Assembly: GCA_017475605.1 (NCBI GenBank)
Contig: JAFVFD010000005.1
Span: forward strand, 30,001-62,000
Length of the DNA: 32,000 nt
DNA from: Alphaproteobacteria bacterium
GTDB taxonomy: Bacteria; Pseudomonadota; Alphaproteobacteria; Rs-D84
Direction of reading: 5' to 3'
Shown here: positions 18,970 to 25,993 of the stretch, piece by piece
How positions within the stretch are numbered: the first letter of the stretch is position 1
Layout: each line of letters starts with the position of its first letter
Program-made: the position numbers and the translations under genes
The notes under the pieces: generated by a model
Seen by the model: the letters and a program-made list of their open reading frames with translations, nothing else
Databases searched by the model: none
Told to the model about the DNA's origin: nothing

Positions 18970-19821
18970 TTATTTATCGGCTTTATCGGCCAATTTGCTG
19001 CGACGTGTTTCGCGTGCAACCATATTTTTAGTTTTTTGTTTTGCTTCGGCATCTTTTGCGTCTGCTTCGATTTCATCGGCCGCAACGGTTGCCATATCAG
19101 ATTCAACCTTTTTACCGGCTGCACCGCCCAAACGTTTTTCAATACCAGACAAAATCGCATCTACGAACAAATCGCAATACAACTGGCATGCGCGTGCCGC
19201 GTCGTCATTACCTGGAACTGGGTAATCAACCAATTCAGGATTTGCGTTTGTATCACAGATGGCGATTGTTGGGATGTCCAAAGTTTTCGCTTCACGAACA
19301 GCATTCAATTCGCGTGGAACATCAATAACAATCATTGCCTGTGGTGTGCCATGCATTTCCAAAATACCGCCAAAAATGTCGCGCAATTTAGCAACTTCCT
19401 TGGTCATAACGCCAACTTCTTTCTTGGTAAGGCCCAATTTATCGGCATTTTCGATATCGGATTCCATCTTTTTCAAACGACGGATGCTTTGTGAAACCGT
19501 TGTCCAGTTGGTCAACATACCACCCAACCAACGATTGTTAACATAGAATTGACCGCAACGTTCGGCCGCATCTTTGACGATGTCTTTGGCCTGATGCTTG
19601 GTTGCGACGAACAGAACCTTGCCACCGGCGGCGGTGATTGCTTCCAATGCAACCAATGCGCGATGTAACAACGGCGCAGTTTTGTTCAAATTGATAATGT
19701 GAATTTTATCTTTGACCCCATAAACATACGGTGTCATCAACGGGTTCCAGCGACGTGTGTGGTGGCCAAAATGGACACCGGCTTCCATCAACTGTTTCAT
19801 AGTAAATGTTGGCAATGCCAT
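18970..19821 (-). CDS. rpsB: 30S ribosomal protein S2 with charged C-terminal extension
   Basis: MALPTFTMKQLMEAGVHFGHHTRRWNP... matches S2. It forms the usual rpsB-tsf operon. Confidence 0.95.
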   Translation of the reverse strand: MALPTFTMKQLMEAGVHFGHHTRRWNPLMTPYVYGVKDKIHIINLNKTAPLLHRALVALEAITAAGGKVLFVATKHQAKDIVKDAAERCGQFYVNNRWLGGMLTNWTTVSQSIRRLKKMESDIENADKLGLTKKEVGVMTKEVAKLRDIFGGILEMHGTPQAMIVIDVPRELNAVREAKTLDIPTIAICDTNANPELVDYPVPGNDDAARACQLYCDLFVDAILSGIEKRLGGAAGKKVESDMATVAADEIEADAKDAEAKQKTKNMVARETRRSKLADKADK

Positions 19822-19935
19822 GATTTATCCTTTGTTTTCTGTTGTTATCCTCGCCATCGGGGGTGTACGAAAACCGGTATTCCGGACAGAAACATTCCCA
19901 ATGGTTGTGTTCTTCGCTTTTACAAGCGTGTCGCC

Positions 19936-19964
19936 ATATTACGACAAAAAAACCGAAAAAGCAA
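19936..19964 (-). promoter_or_regulatory. Candidate rpsB promoter
   Basis: On the minus strand: TTGCTT, 17 nt spacer, TAATAT. This would leave a leader of about 105 nt. Confidence 0.4.
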
Positions 19965-20014
19965 GGGAAAATAGTATATTCTGATGCGACCACCACCGAC
20001 CCAATTACCAGGAC

Positions 20015-20058
20015 ACAAAAAAACCTGTCTGATGACACAAAAGACAGGTTTTTTTTAT
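20015..20058. terminator. Terminator after the 115-aa Cys-rich gene
   Basis: Stem ACCTGTCT/AGACAGGT (20023-20030 with 20042-20049), with U-runs available on both strands. Confidence 0.7.
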
Positions 20059-20091
20059 TTATAACAACCCAACTGGCTATACACGAAAATA

Positions 20092-20439
20092 TTACGAACC
20101 CGTCCAAAAACAATTTTCCCCACTCGTGAAATAAAACATACCCTTGGCATCACTATACATATCATCAGCATCTATATAGCAAGATTCTTTAAACCTGTGC
20201 GCCCCCTGCGCCATCGCATTAGTACTTGTTATAGACATTGGGCTTACAACACCCCCGCCCCGCTGTGATATAAGGCCCTCGGTCGGACACGCATGACAAT
20301 AAGAATCTGTTGCGCTTTCCGCATAATACCCACTGTTACAACTGCGCGATGTACCGGAAACCGAACATACCGCAAATGCATTATTTGATGTGTACAACAA
20401 TAAGAATGTACAAAACACACTTAATTTTAATCTTGCCAT
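20092..20439 (-). CDS. Small secreted cysteine-rich protein
   Basis: Start at the ATG preceded by AGGGGAAA. Signal MARLKLSVFCTFLLLYTSNNAFA|V. The mature part has 6 Cys, including CNSGYY...C.ACP. Confidence 0.65.
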   Translation of the reverse strand: MARLKLSVFCTFLLLYTSNNAFAVCSVSGTSRSCNSGYYAESATDSYCHACPTEGLISQRGGGVVSPMSITSTNAMAQGAHRFKESCYIDADDMYSDAKGMFYFTSGENCFWTGS

Positions 20440-20499
20440 TGTTATTTTCCCCTTTAACAAATTCTTGTTATATATTGTTTACCTGTGGTTCTTAACCCC

Positions 20500-21489
20500 C
20501 TAGGTTTGACAGTTACCTATGCTGTAACATACTGATCTAATTGACGGTATCATGGCTGAATACCCCCAACCTTTTACAGCACCACCATCTTCTGTACTGC
20601 ATGCACCGGTGTCGGTTGATACGGAACATGTGCCGTATGTTGTTGTAACCTTTACCCTTGTTGTTCCGTTGCCGGTTGTCGTACTGGACCTTCTACATGT
20701 ACTTCCCGAAACATACCATCCTGTTGGACATGTGGTTACTTTGTAATATGCCTGCATAAGACAGCAAAAACCACCAGATGACGTGCGCGAATTTTCACAC
20801 GCTGGCTCGGTTTGATATAAACGCAAAGTTGCATCCGTACTGCTATAAACATTAGTCCATGCCACAGAAGTACCACCATTATATGTACATGTATCTTGGC
20901 TATATGCCTGACAGCCTTCGTTGTCCCCACCACCAACTGGCACAATCTCTCCGCCGACCATGCACGTGTTATATGAAAATGTGTTGGAACAGCCGGATAC
21001 GCTGTACGTTCGACTCGATGTTGAATAACCTGTGTCGCATGTGTTACATGTGCGAACACGATATCCCCCAAAACAATAATCTGTATAACTACTGCAATTC
21101 GAAACTGTATTTTGGACAGTGGTACTATTACTACAATTGGACGCACTGTAAGTCTTTGTGGTACATTGGGTGGAACCACTGCCACTTGATGTACAATAGC
21201 CCAAACTTACATTGCAACCAGTGTATGTATCAGTAAAAGTATATACTGCACGCGATCCTGAAGTACAGATGCCTGCATCCAACTGTGCACCACCACATGA
21301 TTGATAACACCTTGTACCATATCTGACTGTACCTGGATTAGAACAGGCACCAAGATTAATCTCTAGACGTTCCTCATCGCCGGCCAGACAAGCCCCAACA
21401 GTACACACCAACGCATTTGCGGTATTGGTAAAAAATGGTGCCACAGCCAGTATACACCCAAACCACAATACCCGTAATATCCGATTCAT
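20500..21489 (-). CDS. Secreted Cys/Ser/Thr/Gly/Tyr-rich protein (about 27 Cys in about 300 mature residues)
   Basis: Signal MNRILRVLWFGCILAVAPFFTNTANA|L. RBS AAAGGGGGAAAA. Low-complexity Cys-rich sequence with CxxC (CNTCDTGY) and CPTGWY motifs. I recognise no family. Confidence 0.7.
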   Translation of the reverse strand: MNRILRVLWFGCILAVAPFFTNTANALVCTVGACLAGDEERLEINLGACSNPGTVRYGTRCYQSCGGAQLDAGICTSGSRAVYTFTDTYTGCNVSLGYCTSSGSGSTQCTTKTYSASNCSNSTTVQNTVSNCSSYTDYCFGGYRVRTCNTCDTGYSTSSRTYSVSGCSNTFSYNTCMVGGEIVPVGGGDNEGCQAYSQDTCTYNGGTSVAWTNVYSSTDATLRLYQTEPACENSRTSSGGFCCLMQAYYKVTTCPTGWYVSGSTCRRSSTTTGNGTTRVKVTTTYGTCSVSTDTGACSTEDGGAVKGWGYSAMIPSIRSVCYSIGNCQT

Positions 21490-21544
21490 TTTTTCCCCCT
21501 TTCCATTGGGCCGCCGGCCCAGTATTTCCGCAGTGTCCGAACCA

Positions 21545-21642
21545 AAACGGTGGTTTTGATTCGGCTACTTAATTGATTCTATTTTATTCGGTTTTTCGGG
21601 ACTTTGTCAACACCAAAAATAGCCGAATCAAAACCACCGTTT
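21545..21642. repeat. Perfect 23 bp inverted repeat with 52 bp spacer
   Basis: AAACGGTGGTTTTGATTCGGCTA (21545-21567) is the exact reverse complement of 21620-21642. Imperfect extension CCGA/TCGG at 21537-21540 and 21647-21650. Confidence 0.9.
21581..21610 (-). promoter_or_regulatory. Candidate promoter of the Cys-rich gene pair
   Basis: On the minus strand: TTGACA (21605-21610), 18 nt spacer, TAAAAT (21581-21586). It lies between the two arms of the 23 bp inverted repeat. Confidence 0.5.
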
Positions 21643-21730
21643 AAACTCGGCTGCTTTTATTTCGCGCAACATATTGTATTTACGACACAATTTGCCGATT
21701 TTTTATTTTTAATTTTTTGCGCTTTTTATT

Positions 21731-21945
21731 TGTCATTGCGAACGAAGTGAAGCAATCTATTTTCCTTCGTCATACCGCAGGATTGCGGTATCCAGGTTGC
21801 GCATGCAACCTTGCCTACATACTAGCAGGTCGCCGATGGCGACTGGATTCCGGCATTCGCCGCCACCCCTTCGCACAGCAAAGGGGATTTTATGCTTGTT
21901 ATTCCAGATACCAAAAATCCCCTTCACACTGTGAAGGGGTGGATT
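21731..21945. repeat. Cluster of short GC-rich palindromic hairpin units (REP/MITE-like), non-coding
   Basis: Hairpins: ATTGC/GCAAT (21735-21756), ATACCGCA-ggat-TGCGGTAT (21772-21791), AGGTTGC-gcat-GCAACCT (21794-21811), GTCGCC-gat-GGCGAC (21829-21843), CCCCTT...AAGGGG (21866-21886) and CCCCTTCAC-act-GTGAAGGGG (21919-21939). Confidence 0.75.
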
Positions 21946-22001
21946 GTGAGCATACAGCGAACAAGACGGGGTAGTTACCCGCCCCCAATTTCACCCACAG
22001 C

Positions 22002-22031
22002 AAAAAAACCACCGCGATTGCGGTGGTTTTT
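22002..22031 (-). terminator. Terminator after the DsbA-like gene
   Basis: Stem CCACCGC-gatt-GCGGTGG (22009-22026). On the minus strand it is followed by TTTTTTT. Confidence 0.75.
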
Positions 22032-22050
22032 ATATTCTTTTGAACACCTA

Positions 22051-22875
22051 TTATTTGTCCAAAGCGTTCATGATTTGATCGTATGGAATCGCGCCTGGGA
22101 ACGCCTGGTCGCCAATGACCAAGAATGGTGTTCCGTTGATTTCAAAACGTTGTGCCAATTCACGAACATTTGACAATTCACGTGTAACGACTTCGTTTTT
22201 CATATCGGCTTTCAACTTGTCTGTATCCAAGCCTGCTTCACGAGCCATCTTCATGATGTTTGCTTCGACTTTTTCACCAATTTTAGACTGATCTTTCAAG
22301 TCGTCTTGGCTATAGAAATCACGTGTCATCATCATGTCAACAAAGACTGCTGCTTTGTCTGCGTCCTGCATTTTTGCAGCGATAGCAGCCTTGGCTGGAC
22401 CATCGGACAATGCGCCATGGATAGAGAAGTTTTTGATAACTACGCGTACATCGTCGCGTTCATCCAAAACACGTGCCAATTCGCCATGTACACGACGGCA
22501 GAACGGGCAGCTAAAGTCTGTCCAAACAAAGATTGTCTTTTTGGCATCACGATTACCCAAAATTGGGGCATCTGCCATCATCTTTGCTGCGTTTGAACGA
22601 ACATACGAACGGACTGCTTTGTTCTTTTCAGCCTGCTGTTGTTCCTGCATCGCGGAAATCATTGTCTGCACAATGCCAGGATTAACATGTGTCAGATAGT
22701 ACGGAATGTACATGCGTGTAACCGCACCCGCAACCAAGATAATCGCAACCAGTTTGATTACCTTTTTACATAAAATAACGCCCATCGTTGGTTTCTTTTC
22801 GTCGCCCTTGACCAGCATGCCGCCGAACAAGAACAATGCGATACCCAATAACAAGGCTAAGATTGTCCAAGTCAT
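22051..22875 (-). CDS. Membrane-anchored DsbA-family thiol:disulfide oxidoreductase
   Basis: Strong RBS AAGGAGAA. Two N-terminal hydrophobic helices, then a thioredoxin fold with a CPFC active site (FVWTDFSCPFCRRVH) and the DsbA-type C-terminal part (INGTPFLVIG). Confidence 0.85.
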   Translation of the reverse strand: MTWTILALLLGIALFLFGGMLVKGDEKKPTMGVILCKKVIKLVAIILVAGAVTRMYIPYYLTHVNPGIVQTMISAMQEQQQAEKNKAVRSYVRSNAAKMMADAPILGNRDAKKTIFVWTDFSCPFCRRVHGELARVLDERDDVRVVIKNFSIHGALSDGPAKAAIAAKMQDADKAAVFVDMMMTRDFYSQDDLKDQSKIGEKVEANIMKMAREAGLDTDKLKADMKNEVVTRELSNVRELAQRFEINGTPFLVIGDQAFPGAIPYDQIMNALDK

Positions 22876-22951
22876 AGTTTTCTCCTTTTCTGTTGAACGA
22901 CACTACAATAGCAAAACGAAAAAAAATCGCAAGGAATAAATGTTTGCTTTT

Positions 22952-23617
22952 TTAATTTTTTTTAATGCGCGACAAATACACCCGCGACCGCGGTACATCA
23001 ACCCCCATTTGTGCGCACACACCCGATACAAAACCCAATGTCGCATCCAGTGTTACTGGTAATTTATACAACTTATTTATATATGGTGCGGCGCAATCAT
23101 CACATACCGCCCGCCCTGTTTTTGGCGACAAAAAGTTCAGGTTATCCGTCCGCCCACAGCCCGAACAATGTGTTAAATCCAGCGCAAAACCCAAATCATG
23201 TAACAATTTTATTTCCCACCCCAGATATACCGCATCGGCATCTTGGCATGTCGCCATTGTCCGCAACATTTTGACGGTCGAATCGTACAGGTCGCAATAC
23301 TGTTCACGTTCCGGCAAAAGTGTCCCCAGTAATTCAAATGCTGCATTCATAAAAGATAATGTTTTCATATCAAGCATCAATGCCGCCGCCAGATTTTCCG
23401 CCGATTCCCAATGAAAAGTTCCCAACTGCGAATCAAGACGCGCATTCCATGCCGCAAAACCAACCTGGCCGACCAGTGCGCGATTCTTTTTAGCAATAAC
23501 CGCCGCCCGCATAACACCGGATAACATACCATGGTCGCGCGTAAAAATATTCGCAACCGAATCGCGTTCATTGATTGGACGCAAACTTATTAAAATACCA
23601 TCTGATTCCAGTTTCAT
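22952..23617 (-). CDS. recO: DNA repair protein RecO
   Basis: I moved the start to MKLESDGILISLRPINERDS... because the longer ORF runs into the rplI terminator. OB-fold N-domain and a C-terminal zinc motif (CSGC...CDDC). Confidence 0.85.
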   Translation of the reverse strand: MKLESDGILISLRPINERDSVANIFTRDHGMLSGVMRAAVIAKKNRALVGQVGFAAWNARLDSQLGTFHWESAENLAAALMLDMKTLSFMNAAFELLGTLLPEREQYCDLYDSTVKMLRTMATCQDADAVYLGWEIKLLHDLGFALDLTHCSGCGRTDNLNFLSPKTGRAVCDDCAAPYINKLYKLPVTLDATLGFVSGVCAQMGVDVPRSRVYLSRIKKN

Positions 23618-23656
23618 ATCACGCACAATTATAATCAAATGCCGATTCGTATGCGA

Positions 23657-23691
23657 CAAAAAAAATCCCACGCATTTTGCATGGGATTTTT
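23657..23691 (-). terminator. Terminator of the rpsF-rpsR-rplI operon
   Basis: Hairpin at 23665-23687 (ATCCCATGC/GCGTGGGAT on the minus strand, including one G:U pair). It is followed by a T-run on the minus strand. Confidence 0.7.
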
Positions 23692-23709
23692 AATAACCAA
23701 ATAATTTTA

Positions 23710-24315
23710 TTATTCGGCAACTGCTTCTGTTGCTTCTGCGGCTTCAGCTGGTGCTTCGGCTGCTTTTTCTTCGGCAACTTCTTCTTTCTTTTCTTCTGCT
23801 GGTTCTTCTTCAACTTTCTTGGTACCGAAAGTCAAAACTTTACCTGCGACCAATGCATCAATTTCGTCCTGGGTCTGGGCAACATAAACCTTGACCGGAA
23901 CGATAACATCTGGGTGTAATGCGATTTGTGTATCGAACGCACCAATAGATTTAATTGGGGAACCCAACAAAACCTGGGCTGATGCAACATTAACACCGGC
24001 AATTTCTTTCAATGCACGTGCGATATCGCGTGAAGAAACCGAACCATACAATTGGCCGGTATCACCTGCCTGGCGAATCATGTGTAATTTTGCAGACTTC
24101 ACCGCATCAACATGTGATTCTGCTTCTTTCTTAGCCGCTGCTTCACGTGCGACCAATTCAGCTTTCTTCGCTTCGAACAACGCAACATTTTCGCGTGTCC
24201 AGCGCATAGCCTTGCCGTTTGGCAAAAGGAAATTACGCGCAAAACCAGTTTTCACTTCGACCGCGTCGCCGATATTACCCAATTTGTTAATTTTTTCTGT
24301 TAAAATAACTTTCAT
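23710..24315 (-). CDS. rplI: 50S ribosomal protein L9 with acidic Ala/Glu-rich C-terminal extension
   Basis: MKVILTEKINKLGNIGDAVEVKTGFARNFLLP... matches L9. Confidence 0.93.
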   Translation of the reverse strand: MKVILTEKINKLGNIGDAVEVKTGFARNFLLPNGKAMRWTRENVALFEAKKAELVAREAAAKKEAESHVDAVKSAKLHMIRQAGDTGQLYGSVSSRDIARALKEIAGVNVASAQVLLGSPIKSIGAFDTQIALHPDVIVPVKVYVAQTQDEIDALVAGKVLTFGTKKVEEEPAEEKKEEVAEEKAAEAPAEAAEATEAVAE

Positions 24316-24375
24316 TTTGTCTGTCCTTTTTATTTTTTTAAGTTAGAGCAAACGCCCAAACATTATTCCTTATTA

Positions 24376-24480
24376 TAAATTGTTAAGAACGGTGCAGATG
24401 CGCCGTTGTTGGCAAGTGCGGTGTACAAGTGTTACATAAACGCGCCAACAACAAGCAGATGTGCCGTTATAAACAATTTA
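24376..24480 (-). other. Long imperfect hairpin in the rpsR-rplI intercistronic spacer
   Basis: TAAATTGTT (24376-24384) pairs with AACAATTTA (24472-24480). AACGG pairs with CCGTT (24388-24392 with 24464-24468). TTGTTGGC pairs with GCCAACAA (24406-24413 with 24444-24451). Confidence 0.6.
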
Positions 24481-24705
24481 ACCTAAGTTGTTGCGAACAA
24501 ATGGCATCAACCCCAAATGACGTGCACGTTTGATGGCGGTTGCCAACGCACGTTGATCTTTCTGGGAAACACCACTGATACGACTTGGCACAATTTTACC
24601 ACGTTCTGTGATATAGTGTGACAATGTCTTGATATCTTTATAGTCAATAACCTTGCCCTTTAATGGGTTAGATTTTTTACGATAAATTGCTGCACGAACT
24701 GCCAT
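24478..24705 (-). CDS. rpsR: 30S ribosomal protein S18
   Basis: 75 aa. ...[38 protein letters not shown] matches S18. Confidence 0.93.
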   Translation of the reverse strand: MAVRAAIYRKKSNPLKGKVIDYKDIKTLSHYITERGKIVPSRISGVSQKDQRALATAIKRARHLGLMPFVRNNLG

Positions 24706-25043
24706 TATTCACCCTCTTCGTTATTCTTTTTCATCATGACGGACGGCGTTGTAGCCAATTCGTCGACACGAACGTTCAAGAAACGGATAATATCTTCGTC
24801 AATACGACAACGACGTTCCAATTCTGTAACCTGGGCACCCGGCAATTCAATGTTAAACATAACATAGTGAGCCTTGCGATTTTTACGAATGACATAAGCC
24901 AGGTTTTTCAAACCCCAAAACTCTGTCGATTTAACATCGCCACCCAATTCTTTAACAATTTCGGTATATTTTGCCGCTTTTTCTTTAACCTGCGGTTCGG
25001 TCAGGTCCTGGCGGAAAACCAAGACGCTTTCGTAATAAGCCAT
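24705..25043 (-). CDS. rpsF: 30S ribosomal protein S6
   Basis: [21 protein letters not shown]... matches S6. Its stop overlaps the rpsR start by 1 nt. Confidence 0.93.
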   Translation of the reverse strand: MAYYESVLVFRQDLTEPQVKEKAAKYTEIVKELGGDVKSTEFWGLKNLAYVIRKNRKAHYVMFNIELPGAQVTELERRCRIDEDIIRFLNVRVDELATTPSVMMKKNNEEGE

Positions 25044-25101
25044 TTTATTTCCTTTGGTTTATATCAGCCGGCGACCCCATGTCGTCAGCAGGAACGAGAC
25101 C

Positions 25102-25129
25102 ATTATGCCGATTTTTTTAATAAAATCAA
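25102..25129 (-). promoter_or_regulatory. Candidate rpsF operon promoter
   Basis: On the minus strand: TTGATT, 16 nt spacer, CATAAT. Confidence 0.4.
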
Positions 25130-25140
25130 GTTTTTTCGTA

Positions 25141-25170
25141 TTGACTTGCTTTTTATTTTTTTACTATGAT
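25141..25170 (+). promoter_or_regulatory. Candidate promoter of the stator-like gene pair
   Basis: TTGACT (25141-25146), 18 nt spacer, TATGAT (25165-25170). Confidence 0.45.
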
Positions 25171-25190
25171 TTGTTTATAAGAGAGATGAT

Positions 25191-25958
25191 ATGATAAGTC
25201 CGTTTCACAGAAATCTTAACCGTATGACCTTGTTTTTAGCCCTTATTATTGCGGGCATCATACTGTTTTTTGACCCGTTTATGCAGATTGCTACGGCGAA
25301 CATTATACTTAATGGCATCATTATTGGGACGGCACTTTTCGGAATTGGGCTTTGTTTTGTCCAGATGTTCCGCCTGTTGCCTGAACATCGGTGGTTATAT
25401 GGTTATATTGATGGGGAACGCGGTGCGGCCCTGCCCCCGCGCGTGTTGCGTCCGGCGGCATTGATGTTACATGCGCGCCCGGTGCGTATATCTGCGGCGG
25501 CATTGAACAGCATGTTGGATATGATTTTATTGCGGTTTGAAGATGACCGCAATTCCGTACGCTATGTAACAAACACTTTGATATTCTTGGGGTTACTTGG
25601 GACATTTTGGGGGTTGCTTATGACGGTTGGCGGTTTTGCCGAATTGATTGGCGGCCTGGATATGACCGATGAAACCGTATTGGAATCGATGCAGATTGGC
25701 CTGGCACGACCATTGGCGGGTATGGCAACCGCATTTACAAGTTCTATTCTTGGCCTGGGGGGAAGTTTGATTGTCGGCTTTCTGGGGTTGCAGATTCAAT
25801 CGGTTCAGAACGCGATGTTCCATGAAATCGAAGAATATTTTGCGGCACACACGCACACCGCAACGCCGGATGTTACCATGGCACAGATTGGGTCTGCGGC
25901 ACGCGCATTAAACAAAACCGTTCAACACTTTGACCGAACGGTCGCAAAACTGGGATAA
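25191..25958 (+). CDS. MotA/TolQ/ExbB-family proton-channel protein
   Basis: Four hydrophobic helices. The C-terminal pair carries the family signature (LIFLGLLGTFWGLL and LAGMATAFTSSILGLGGSLIVGF). Confidence 0.8.
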   Translation: MISPFHRNLNRMTLFLALIIAGIILFFDPFMQIATANIILNGIIIGTALFGIGLCFVQMFRLLPEHRWLYGYIDGERGAALPPRVLRPAALMLHARPVRISAAALNSMLDMILLRFEDDRNSVRYVTNTLIFLGLLGTFWGLLMTVGGFAELIGGLDMTDETVLESMQIGLARPLAGMATAFTSSILGLGGSLIVGFLGLQIQSVQNAMFHEIEEYFAAHTHTATPDVTMAQIGSAARALNKTVQHFDRTVAKLG

Positions 25959-25993
25959 ACTTTACGCACCAACGCGGGGGGAGAAAAAAAACA

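Noticed and set aside
21545-21642. Calling the IR-flanked promoter a confirmed phase-variable inverton.
   Set aside because: The 52 bp invertible segment would be very short for site-specific inversion, and no invertase or recombinase is encoded nearby. It is retained only as the least likely of three hypotheses in the findings.
21731-21945. Possible CRISPR array.
   Set aside because: The units are different palindromes, not identical direct repeats with regular unique spacers. No cas genes are in the window.
21717-21974. 85-aa plus-strand ORF (MRFLFVIANEVKQSI...).
   Set aside because: It is a read-through of the palindromic hairpin cluster. The peptide is Arg/Cys/Gly-rich nonsense typical of translated repeats, and there is no RBS.
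23715-23830. Apparent short tandem nucleotide repeats (GCTTCTG, TTCTTC).
   Set aside because: They encode the Ala/Glu/Lys-rich C-terminal tail of L9. This is a coding low-complexity region, not a non-coding repeat.
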